Origin: a virus
Taxonomy: Duplodnaviria > Caudoviricetes
Direction: 5' to 3' (one strand)
IMG/VR virus record: IMGVR_UViG_3300031949_001696
DNA length: 64,000 nt
The translations under genes were made by a program, and so were the position numbers. A model generated the notes under the pieces. It was given only the letters and a program-made list of their open reading frames with translations. It was not told where the DNA came from and did not search any database. Positions 31,011 to 41,349 of the stretch are shown here, piece after piece (within the stretch, counting starts at the first letter, position 1; each line of letters opens with the position of its first letter).

Positions 31011-31234
31011 GAACTGCAAGCCAGATGATCACGATCGCCACGCGCGCTGCGAAGGATTTGTACTCGGATCACGCGCGAAAGTGGGGATTCCCCGCCTCCG
31101 TGCTTGCCGACGCGGCGTGCGATCTCGGTATCACGATGATGCTCGAGACCGGCCGCAGCGAGGAGCAGATCGTCGAGATCGTTCGCCGCATCGCGCAGGA
31201 CGTGGCTACCAAAAAGCAAGGGTGGACACGATGA
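31007..31234 (+). CDS. hypothetical protein, paralog of 29207-29542
   Basis: See paralog. Confidence 0.7.
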   Translation: MRTASQMITIATRAAKDLYSDHARKWGFPASVLADAACDLGITMMLETGRSEEQIVEIVRRIAQDVATKKQGWTR

Positions 31235-31397
31235 CTAGCTCCATGGAGCAGCCCGAGTGTCGCGCGTGCGATGCGGGCTTGCCACTGGTCTGGTGCGTCC
31301 AGAGTCGCAAGATGGTGCATCTTCGGGGACTCGGGACGTTCACGTGTGAACGCCTCGCCGTGCGCGAGCTACGTGCGAAGGTCGGAGCCGACCGGCG

Positions 31398-32027
31398 GTG
31401 AGTGACAATGATCTAGTTACCACGCTCGGCCTCCTGGCTAACGACTGCGAGACCGACGATCGCCGCATGACGGGGGGTCCGTGGACGTATAACGATGACG
31501 ACACGGAGATGCGCGCCGGCCCCGAGCTCGTGCTGGCCGGCGGTTCCGTCGGGTACGAGAACGCGCGCATGATCGTCGAGGAGAACGACGGTCTCGCGAT
31601 CGCCGCCGCTCGCAATCGGCTCCCTGATCTGGTGAAGGCGCTCCGGGAAGCCGCTCGCCAGATCGAGGTCCTGCGCTCCGATCGCGATGGCTATCAGGAC
31701 GGCTTGATCGTCGCGAACAACGCGGCCGAGCGCCGCGGCGTGAAGCGCGACGAGCTGGCGATCGACCACGCGCATCTCCAGCGCCTGTACAAGGAGAGTC
31801 GCGAGTACGTCGCTACACTTGTGCGCGAACGCGACGACCTCGTGGAGTGGAACAAGCGACGGGTCGACGAGGTGAACCTGTCCGACGCGCGCGTCGAGCA
31901 GCTAGAAGCGACGCTGGCCGAGGCGCTGGACATCGTGACGTCCGTGGTTTGTCCTGGTATTGCGCACCTCGTGCGCGTGCCGGAGCTTCGCGCCGTGCTC
32001 GAGAAGAAAGAGCCGCGCTCGAAATGA
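31398..32027 (+). CDS. Ead/Ea22-like coiled-coil phage protein
   Basis: TGGPW...D...IAAARN.LP.L followed by coiled coil. Confidence 0.55.
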   Translation: MSDNDLVTTLGLLANDCETDDRRMTGGPWTYNDDDTEMRAGPELVLAGGSVGYENARMIVEENDGLAIAAARNRLPDLVKALREAARQIEVLRSDRDGYQDGLIVANNAAERRGVKRDELAIDHAHLQRLYKESREYVATLVRERDDLVEWNKRRVDEVNLSDARVEQLEATLAEALDIVTSVVCPGIAHLVRVPELRAVLEKKEPRSK

Positions 32028-32947
32028 CACTGACCTGGGAACCCATGACGATGGCCGCGTGCGACGGTGCACACGCGCCGCCGATCTGCGGCGCTATGTG
32101 CCGCGCCGTACGCAGCCCCTTCGAACTTGCGCGTCTCTTCTTGAAAGGGCTTGAGCTTTCAACAGCGAGAAGCGAGAACGGCCTCGTCGAATGGGTGAAT
32201 CAGTGCGCGGATCACCTCGCGCGGGGTGACGACGGTAACTACTGGTGCCATGAACTTGGATATCCCAGGAAGGCGCCGTTGTCGTGACCACCGAGACTGT
32301 GTCGACGGCAGACGATGAGGATCCACCGCCGAAGAAGCCGCCGAAGTTCTGCCCCTGGTGCGGCGCGGAGGTCGCCAAGCGCTGGGTACCGAGCAAGATT
32401 CGATCTCTTCACGACAGGATCGGCGCGCGCGTCGCATACGTCTGCTTCGCGTGCAAGATCGGCGTGCGCGCGTTCGCGTTCCCGTCGCGGCCTCTGTCCA
32501 CGACCAAGAAAGCCGCGCGCACGGAGGCGCAGCGCGATTACGACGAGCTGGAAGCGAGCGGGTTCTCCGACAAGTATTCGCGCGAGCAGTACGCGAAGGG
32601 GAAGTGTTCGTGCTCGCGGCCGTATCGGCAACCGTACGGAGTGTCGGTCCCGTGCCCGATCCACAACCCACTGCGAGAGAAACGCGCATGAACGAGGACG
32701 AGATCCACTGGTGCTGCAAGAGCTGCGGGCGTCCCGTGATCGATCGCGATCCGTACGCTCTCGATCGTCGCATCTCGCCGTTCGCGACGATCGGCGACCT
32801 CATGGGTGGGGCACCCGTGCCGTCCGTCTGGCGCTTGCTCGCACGTCGCCGATGGATCCAGCGCCTGGAAGAGCGGATCGCGCGAGAGCTGCGAAGGCAT
32901 CGCGACTTCGAGATCGAAATCGGTATCCACCAAGAGGAGCACGTGGC

Positions 32948-33217
32948 ATGAGCATCGAGTCGATCCTGGCGTTCAAGCTGCGTGTGCCGTGCGTCGAATG
33001 TGCCGATGCCGTCGAGTCGCCGCTGCCGATCGAGCGCGACCCCTTCGCGCGGCTCTTGGCCAAGAAGGGCTGGTACTTGTCCGTCTTGACCGAGCCAGGG
33101 CAGGGCGCAAACGTGCCCATCGTGTTCGGCGCGCTCTGCCCACGCTGCGCGAAGCGGGTCTATCCGCCCGAGGTGCTGAAGGCCGCGGAAGAAGCGCGGG
33201 AGCGGCTGCTGTCGTGA
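32948..33217 (+). CDS. zinc-binding protein, paralog of 41026-41349
   Basis: CVEC...E.PLPI...GW...ALCP.CA...YPPEV. Confidence 0.8.
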   Translation: MSIESILAFKLRVPCVECADAVESPLPIERDPFARLLAKKGWYLSVLTEPGQGANVPIVFGALCPRCAKRVYPPEVLKAAEEARERLLS

Positions 33218-35001
33218 GCGGCGAGATCTCTTGCGGGGCGGGTATCGAACTACCCAGTTCCGTCGTGGCGCGAGTCCAGCTACAACGAGGAGACCTGTCA
33301 TAACCGCAGCGCAACTGTTTTTGATGTCCAAGGAGCCCCAATTGAGTGAAGTGTCGACGCAAGAGGAATCAGATCAGCGCGCTCAAGAGGCATGGGCAAC
33401 CGTGCCTGCTGACCTCGAACGACTAGCCGAACAATGTTGCGACGAGTACCACGGCGAGATCGGGACATTTCAAAACTTCTCCGACGATCGCCGTCGCTGG
33501 CGTGAGTTCGCGAAGTTTATTTGGGGACTCGGTGCTCGGCCGCACCTCGAAGGCTAGGCAGGGGTGACTCGATGAGCGCAGATCCCGACGTGCTTGGACA
33601 ACTCGTGCGCGCCACGTTCGCCGATCAGTGGTGGTACTCGCCGCAGATGCCCATCGACGAGGTGCTGATTCGCGCTCGCACGCGGCTTCGGCATGATCAT
33701 GAGGAGAAGTGTAGCGTCGTCGTGGAGAACTTACGTCAGCTGCGCGCCGATCGCGGCTTCACGCTTTCTGAGTCGCGCGCGATCCTCGTCGCCGACGAGG
33801 CACTCGGCGTCTCCTACGACGCCCGCCTATCTTCCGGCCACGTGCTCGGTATCGAGGAGCGCGAGGCGTGGGTAAAGCTCGTCGAGTTAGCACAGGTGCG
33901 CGTCACCGCGCACGCACGTCTAGCCCAGCCCACGAGGCCGATGATCAACGGCCGGGCACACTGCATGATGGGACCGCCAGGTTACCGCTGTTCATGTGGC
34001 ACTACGTTTGATGACTATTACGGCTTGGCAGAACATGTGCGGCGGACGATCGATTGTCCACGCTGCGGCGCGTCACCTGCCGACCTGGGTGACGGCGAGG
34101 GCTGCCGCTGGACGTGCGGTCACTGGATCGCCGCGCGCGATCCATTGGCGACGCTGCGCGGTGGAGACTCGGCGTGATGCGAAAGCTACGCTTGGTCCCG
34201 CGTCCCGCCGTCCTCGAACTCGGCGGCCTCTCCTTGGATCCGGGGTTCTCGGGGAGCGTGACGGCTCTCGCCCCTGGTAAGATGCGCGTGGTCGAGGCCC
34301 GCATCGCGGCCGATTTTCAGCATTCCAGTGTCGGGCAGTGGGTGCGTCGTCGGGTTCCCGGCGCGCGGCGACTCCTCGGCGGCTACGACGCTTACCAGCG
34401 CAAGCACGCGACTGCGCGAGCCCGCATCGATTACGTCTCCGTTGACTCGCAGAGCTGCCTGCCGGACTGCTGCGACGAGCTGCCGATCGCCATCAGAGGA
34501 CGCGAGATCTCGGTGAGCGTGACCAACACCGGAACGCGATCGCTCGTCGCGCGCGTTATCGTCGAGGTGGAGGGACCGTGGTGACTGAGCCGCGGAAACA
34601 AAAATGGGTCCGTGCGAAGTCGATGGGCATCGGCCGGTACGTGCGTTGTCCGTACTGTCCCGATCTCCGCGAGATCGCTCTCAACGAGAGCATGCCCTGG
34701 TGCGCGTCGTGCGGCTGCGAGTACCGCATCACGCCGCTCGGCGCGACGTTCGATCCGGCGCTGAAGACACCACGCTACGCGTGGGGCAAGGCGCTCAACT
34801 TGTCCGGCGGCATGCGGATTGGAAAGGCAAGCAGATCGTGAGCCGGCCCCGTCACCTGACCCGCGCGGAGTTCTGCCGCGATCGCGATCGCGATCGTCCG
34901 ACGCGGCGCCTGCCAGGACGCGGCTGACGAAGGTCGCGCCCTACTACCACCCGAACGTCGATCGGCCGGTGAACGCATCCGGTTAGCGCCCAAGGAGTAA
35001 C

Positions 35002-35871
35002 TTGATGAAGAGCAAGTGTGAGATTCCAGCGATGACGCTGCCGCCGTGCGACCTCGAATGGGGCCACGACGGTGACATGCACGCCAACGGTGGCGATGGG
35101 TTCTACGCCGAGCAACATCTCGACGAGCATCGCCATCGACAAGACGAACGAGCACTCGAAGACGCGCGGGCTGCCGGCCGCGCCGACGCCATCGCAAGTT
35201 GCGAGGCCGTGGAACGTGCACATCAGCTCGTCGAGTTGACGGATTTACGCTCCGAGGTCGCGCGCCTTCGGTCGGAGAACGGTGAGCTGCGCGTAGCGCT
35301 TGAACAGATGAAGAAGGTGAAGTCACTCCTGGATTTCTGGCCACCACCGGCCGATCTACCCAGCGCCGAGGAGTCCGTCGGCATCTGGTACGAACTCGAA
35401 TGTGCGTTGGAAGGTAAGAACGGCTACGGCGGCGACGTCGCCGAGATCTACGCCTACCGGCTCCTGTCGGGAGGCGCCACGGCCATCCGCGATATGATGA
35501 CGACTCCGTCAACGGAAGAAGAGGCGCGCGTGGCCGAGATGCACGTGGCATGCGTGGCGGCGAAAAATCTGACGTGGCTCGTACGCCGCTTCGTCGAGCT
35601 GCACGCTGGAGTCGAGATCGGAATCGAGACCGATCCGCGGCAGTTCCACATGATCGATCCGCGCGCGGAGGAGTTCCCTCCGTTCTCGCATCGTGTACAT
35701 GTACGCGTGTCGCGCAGAGCCCAGGTCCGACGTGCACTCGCGGGTGAGCTGCGCGCTATGTGGGAAGGCGCGAAGGGCACACGCGCGATGCTGCCGGAGG
35801 CCGACTTCGCGCGGTGGTCTTTCGCGACCAAGGACTTGCTCGCCGTGCTCGACGACGAGACGAGTCTATGA
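35002..35871 (+). CDS. mosaic hypothetical protein preceded by a degenerate cassette end
   Basis: ATCCGGTTAGCGCCCAAGGAG at 34977-34997; contains the 158-bp shared module. Confidence 0.7.
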   Translation: MMKSKCEIPAMTLPPCDLEWGHDGDMHANGGDGFYAEQHLDEHRHRQDERALEDARAAGRADAIASCEAVERAHQLVELTDLRSEVARLRSENGELRVALEQMKKVKSLLDFWPPPADLPSAEESVGIWYELECALEGKNGYGGDVAEIYAYRLLSGGATAIRDMMTTPSTEEEARVAEMHVACVAAKNLTWLVRRFVELHAGVEIGIETDPRQFHMIDPRAEEFPPFSHRVHVRVSRRAQVRRALAGELRAMWEGAKGTRAMLPEADFARWSFATKDLLAVLDDETSL

Positions 35872-36167
35872 AGAAGCGCGCGTGCCTCGACTGCGGCAAG
35901 CCGATGATGAAGACGCAGGGCGACCACGCCTACGGCTACGATCACGGCAAGAAGATCCTGCTGCGCGGGATCACCATCCAGCGGTGCGCCTGCGGCTACT
36001 ACGAGGTCGAGATCCCGCGGATCGATCCGCTGCACGAGACCATCGCGGAAGCGCTGAACGTGCTGCGAGTCCCGCGCGAGAAGTTGAGCTTCTTCTTCGA
36101 GCGCGGTCCCAAGGGTGTCGAAGATGGCGCGTGGGGCGTGGCGCTTCATTCGGGCGGTGTGCCGTGA
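35868..36167 (+). CDS. YgiT/MqsA-like zinc-finger protein lacking the HTH
   Basis: CLDCG..M......Y......I.L.GI....CACG...EIPRI..LH..IA. Confidence 0.6.
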   Translation: MKKRACLDCGKPMMKTQGDHAYGYDHGKKILLRGITIQRCACGYYEVEIPRIDPLHETIAEALNVLRVPREKLSFFFERGPKGVEDGAWGVALHSGGVP

Positions 36168-36409
36168 CCCGCCGCAGCAGCGCCGGCAGCAAGGTCATCA
36201 AGATGAGCGTGAACTTCTCGGCGGATGTAGTGGAGGTTCTCAAGGGCAAGATCCTCGTCGAAGACAAGAGGGGATGAGTCCGGCAACTGGTCTTCAGATA
36301 AACGAGTCGCGAGTGGGTGTCATGGCAACCGTTTGCTTAGGCCGTTTCCCCCGTCGTCACCGTAACGACGTCGGCATGCCCGGGAGTGATCCCGTCTGCC
36401 GGTACTGAC

Positions 36410-36445
36410 TTGACAGGTGTAGCCACAAAGTGGCACCGTCCGTCG
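36410..36445 (+). promoter_or_regulatory. promoter with operator palindrome
   Basis: TTGACA-18-CACCGT-N6-GTG; GCCAC-AAA-GTGGC inverted repeat. Confidence 0.5.
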
Positions 36446-36604
36446 GTGGTCAAGAAAGACGTCACCGTACGAATGCGTGTAGCGGCTTCCGAGGCGAAGC
36501 GCTGGAAAGCGGCGGCGCGCCGGGCCAAGCGCTCGCTGAGCGATTGGATGCGGTTGATGCTGTCGGATGCTGCGGATCCACAAGAGGAGCAGCGGACGCC
36601 ATGA
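36446..36604 (+). CDS. RHH-like regulator
   Basis: VRMRV...E.KRWKAAARRAKRSLSDWMRLML. Confidence 0.7.
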   Translation: MVKKDVTVRMRVAASEAKRWKAAARRAKRSLSDWMRLMLSDAADPQEEQRTP

Positions 36605-37369
36605 GCGATGGATCGACCGAGCCGACCGAGCCGACCGAGCCGACCAAGGCCGAGCAGCTACGCGACCTCGACGCGTACCTCGCCGAGTCGGGCTTCGTTC
36701 GCATCGGCCGCGTCGATGACGCTATCCGGCGCGCGCTCTTCCTCAAGGAGGAAGACGGCGCGTTCGAGCTGCGCGTGGGACGCGAAGGCGATGACAGCTG
36801 TGTTCGTGTGACGCGCGACAATCCGCAGTTCAAGGAGCTGAGCGAGGTGAGGGGGCGCGCGCGATACGCGGCAGAGTGGGAAGATCCGCGCTGCCTCGCG
36901 CTCGACTACGCAGTGCAGATCGCGGCGCTTCAAGCGGCCCTTCGCGAGACGCTCGACGCGATCGACAAGGGTTGCGACATGCAGTACGGCGACTGCATCG
37001 GGCCGATGTCGTCGGATCGCGCAGACGAGTTGCGGAGGCTCCTGTCGTGACCGACGACCTCGTTCGCCGCGGCCTCGACCTCGAACGGTTCGCGCAGGAC
37101 CTGCGCGTCGCGCACTGCGCGCGGGGCGCGGCAGATCATCCGTGCGTCGGCACCTGTACGATCACGCCGACCGGCGTCGAGCTTCAGTGCAAGATTTGCG
37201 GGAACGGCTCCGAGCCGATCGCACCGTCCGAGACGCTCGACGAGGTGAGGGTCGCCAAGGCCGTGCTCGCCGGGCTCGGCGTCGACTGGAGCACGCTCGC
37301 TCCGAGCGCGCAGCGCACGATCTACTCCATGGTGAAAGCGACCGACCTCGTGAGGCGCCGAGGGATGCC

Positions 37370-38008
37370 GTGAGCAAGAAGAAGAAGGAGGAGGCTGCTG
37401 TACGGGCAGCACTTGCTGCGGCAGCTCGCGCCGTGCTCCACGTCGAAGCCGTGGCGGCCGAGCCCGAGCGAACGCTACGCATGCAGGCACTCGACCGCAC
37501 CAAGGGCAAGCGCGTCGAGCGCGAGGAAGCGATCGCCATCCTCGCCGACTTCTACGAAGAGCGCGGTCAGTCGTCGCGCGCCGCACTGTGGCGCGAGCAA
37601 CTCTTGCCCAGTTCCGAGCGGCGGCGCCACGTGCTGGATGAAGTCCCCGATCTCCTGACGCGTCCGCATCTGCCACAAGCGGCCGATTGCCGCCGCAATC
37701 AGATGATTTGGTTACTCCGCACGCAGGGCTTGAGTTCTCGGAAGACCGCCGCCGCGTTCGGCCTTTCCTCGACGCGTGTGGAACAGATCGTCGCGGTCGA
37801 AGATCGCCGCATCGGGATGCACGCCAGGAACGAACAGCTGCGACCGACCTTGAAGGCCACCGAGCGGCTCGTGGCCGCCGACGCGCTTCCCGGCGATCGC
37901 CCGACGCGGTACGGCTACCAGGAGCCTTGGTTCGAACTCGGCGCCGAGCTGCCCCAGGACTGGCCGGCCGTCTGCGATCTTGAACGAGACAAGCGGCGCG
38001 GAAAATAG
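37370..38008 (+). CDS. HTH (sigma region-4-like) protein, paralog of 52534-53034
   Basis: ILADFYE..GQ.SRAALWR shared; RRNQMIWLLRTQGLSSRKTAAAFGLSSTRVEQI resembles an HTH. Confidence 0.65.
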   Translation: MSKKKKEEAAVRAALAAAARAVLHVEAVAAEPERTLRMQALDRTKGKRVEREEAIAILADFYEERGQSSRAALWREQLLPSSERRRHVLDEVPDLLTRPHLPQAADCRRNQMIWLLRTQGLSSRKTAAAFGLSSTRVEQIVAVEDRRIGMHARNEQLRPTLKATERLVAADALPGDRPTRYGYQEPWFELGAELPQDWPAVCDLERDKRRGK

Positions 38009-38083
38009 GCGTGATGCAAATTCTCCACTTCACGCAATTGCTCAGGCATCTCGCTGATGTGCGGCAGCACCACAGCTGCACAT

Positions 38084-38637
38084 CTGTACGCGCCCGCCGA
38101 TCGTCCTCTGTACAGGGGGCCAAACCGGAGGTCTACACGGGAGAGATACACGCGCAGCCCGGCCGCTCGCTCACCTCCGAGACGTTACTCGTCGCTAGAC
38201 CTGTACATTTCCACCGATCGTCCTCTGTACAGGGGACAGAATGGGATACCGGTTTCGCATTCTGTCCCTTTCAGCAACACGCCTTCTCGCCTGTACAGGC
38301 GGAAACGTCAGCGTGTCGCAGCGGCTCGAAATGCAACCGATTCTCCCTGTACAGTGGGCAGATCGGGGGCTCTGTGCAGGCTGCACACCGAAAGTACCCA
38401 CGACAAGACCACTGTACAGGGGAGAAGAAGTCGGCTTTCGGCCTAGTTATTCCCCTCAGAGTTGAGCCGACTTGGCCTGTACAGAGGACAAATTGGGCTT
38501 CAGAAGCCCTGTTTTGTCCACGACAAGACCACTGTACAGGGGAGAAGAAGTCGGCTTTCGGCCTAGTTATTCCCCTCGGAGTTGAGCCGACTTGGCCTGT
38601 ACAGAGGACAAATTGGGCTTCAGAGGCCCTGTTTTGT
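38084..38637. repeat. non-coding array of CTGTACAG palindromes including a 120-bp tandem duplication
   Basis: CTGTACAG at 38108, 38225, 38291, 38347, 38412, 38477, 38532, 38597; 38398-38517 matches 38518-38637 with 2 differences. Confidence 0.9.
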
Positions 38638-41025
38638 TACTCGACAAAAGCCGCCATTTTAGTGTCGCACGTGATTTCGAATCCTAGGAGGGGTGATGTC
38701 GGATAGCCTTCGCATCCCCGACGGCTGGTCGCTGGAGCCGATGAGCGGCAGGCGCGACGTCTCTGTCCTGACGGCGCCGCAGATCGGCGCCGCGACGATC
38801 GACTTCCGTCTGCGCGGCTTCCGCGGCGGAGCGTTTGTGCTCTCCGGCAAGTTCCTCGGCGAGAAGCTGACTCGGAGCGGCAACGTGCGAAAGCCGTACG
38901 AGGGCCGCGGCTGGAAGCAGACCCTCGTCGACGATGCGGCCGCGTGGCTCCAGGAGGTAGCGCGATGAAGCCTACGCAGATAGCTCGCGGAACCTGCGAG
39001 TGCTGCGGTGTCCCGGTCATCGGAGCACGCGCTGACGCGCGCGCGTGGGCGCACTGCGTCTGTGTCGGATGTCTTCCGCCGCCACCACGATTGCCGATCG
39101 TTTCGTTCGGCACGCGTCGAGGTGTCGCATGAAGCACACGTGCGCGACCAGTGGACGCTCCAGCTGTGAGCTGTGCCTGTTGCTCGAAGTCGACTTGTGG
39201 GACGCGATCAACCGCTACGCGATCGCCGTCGGTGGTGATCCGCGCAAGCACGTCCACGGCAACGTGCCACGCATGCAGGCCGTCGCCGACGTTGGCAAGA
39301 TCGTCGCGAAGGTGTCTTCCCAGCAGCAGATCGATGATCTCGTGGTGGAGGACCTCGTGAAGGGGAGTAACGCAGCGGCAGCGCGTGCCTGTGAGCTGCA
39401 AGCAGCTAACGAGACACTGAAACAAGAAAACGCGAGGCTCGTGGCAGATCTCAATCTCGCCGGGCCCGACAGTGCGTGCTGTCGAGCACGTCATCGGACC
39501 GAGGAAGAGCGGGACAAGCTTACCGCCGATGTCGGACGGCTACGCTCTGCCTTGCGCGAGGCGCGTGTATTTCTTCGCGGCGTCGCGCTCCGTCCCGAGC
39601 TGGGACAAGGGGCCAAGGACCTACTCGACGAGGCCGACGCGATCGATCGCGTGCTCAACGGGGAGAGCGTGCTCAACAGGGAGATGTGGTGAAAGAGCCC
39701 GAGATCAAGGTGGTCAAAGATCCTGCCGTCTCGGGTTATGCCCACGCGTACGTGCTGGTCAAGCCGTGGACGGTCTTCGTCGATCGCCAGCAGCTGCTCG
39801 ACAAGAGTGGTGGTCCTCGGCGCTTCTCGACGGAGCGCGCTGCGATGGCTGCGGCGAGGAGGTCGATCGCGTGAGCGAGACACGACAGAAGGAGATCGTG
39901 ACCTGGGTCGCGGTTCCCGATGATGGAGTGCCTGGCCACACGGTAACGTGGCACGCCACGCGTGAACCCGTTCGGCTCGACGGGTGGTCCAGCATTGTTT
40001 CGCCGACGATGATCTCGACGCTCTGTCGCGAGACGCTCGCCCGGCATCAGATCTCGCGGGCGTCGCAACTCTCGCCGGAAATCTACGCGAACGATCGTCG
40101 TTGTACGGGATGTGTCGTGCTCACCGTCGACGATTCCGACGACAAGAAGAAGCTCGCCACGCTGATCGTACAGATCGGCGACGACCGGCAGACCCTCATG
40201 GTCGATGTCATCCGGCAGACGCTCCGCATGTTCGCCGACGGCGCCGCGCAGCTCGTCGAGCACTACGAGCACGACGCGAGGGCGCGCGAGTGGGTCGACT
40301 TGGTCAAGCGCGCGGCGGCGGATCTGCGTGCCGCCGAAGCGCGCGTCCAGATCCAGCAGCTGACGCTGCACGGCGGGGTGCCGTCGTGACGACCAAGACG
40401 AGGAAGCTGACGACTCCCGAGTCCGCCGCCGCGCTCGGGTGCCGTCACGTCTGCCAGTGGTGTGCCCCGCACTTCCTTGCCAGGCTCGAAGGCCGATCGT
40501 CTGACCACACGCGGTGCGACGACTTCGAGTGCGGTTGCCACTGTCAAGATCGCACGAAGGTGAACTAGGAGGAGATGAGACGATGCTCGACCGAGAACAA
40601 GATCATGTCGCGGCCGGCTGGGACGGCGCGTTCCGCTGGATCGAAGCTGGCAACGTGCGCCTGGCGGAAGACGACAAGAGCGCCTTCGTGACGATCCAAG
40701 CGCGTCCCGATCCGACGCTCCTCTCGGAAGGATTCCCCTCGGAAGGAATTGCTTCGATGGCGATCGAGACGCGGCTGTCCGCCACCGAGCTCCTCGGACT
40801 GGTTCGCCATCTGGCGGCGTGGTTCGACGACGATCCGACCGACACGATCCAGCAGATCGAGACCTGTGCGACGTACGTCCAGACCGAGCTGGAGGCGTGG
40901 AACGCGCGCGCGCGGATCGACGAGGAGCACCCACCGTACGACAAGCTGACCAACGCGCTCGACACGCTGATCGGCAAGTGCCGCGACCTTCGCGAGGCCC
41001 TCGGCAAGTTCACCGAAGGCGAAAA

Positions 41026-41349
41026 GTGAGCGTGGCGCCCATGAATCCTGATCCGAACTCGGTTCCCGCGCCGATCGAACCCACGTTCGCGCTGCTCGTG
41101 ATGTGTGTCGAGTGCGGTCAGGGCATCGAGGCGCCGCTGCCGATCGACTACCGCTCGTTCGTGTATTTCTTGGCCACGCACGGCTGGTTCCCGGCCGCGC
41201 TGTCGCCGCCTGATCAGGGACCTGAAGTCCCGATCCTCTGCGCCGCGCTGTGTCCGAGCTGCGCGCAGCAGAAATATCCACCCGAGGTCTTTCAAGTCGC
41301 TGAGGAGCGTCGACAGAAGATGCTGCAAGGCATGCAGGAAGTGCGATGA
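41026..41349 (+). CDS. zinc-binding protein, paralog of 32948-33217
   Basis: See paralog. Confidence 0.8.
   Translation: MSVAPMNPDPNSVPAPIEPTFALLVMCVECGQGIEAPLPIDYRSFVYFLATHGWFPAALSPPDQGPEVPILCAALCPSCAQQKYPPEVFQVAEERRQKMLQGMQEVR

Noticed and set aside
35836-35861. TTGCTCGCCGTGCTCGACGACGAGAC has the same geometry as the array repeat hairpin
   Set aside because: Only 15/26 identity, a C-A mismatch in the stem, and it is explained by ordinary codons (LLAVLDDET)
36615-36645. GACCGAGCC triple repeat
   Set aside because: Simple in-frame TEP repeat in a low-complexity N-terminus
38398-38637. 120-bp duplication with two A/G differences as a DGR template/variable pair
   Set aside because: Tandem, non-coding, only two differences, and no reverse transcriptase in the window
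38011-38706. 231-aa ORF across the palindrome array
   Set aside because: Atypical codons and repeat-derived sequence; probably non-coding
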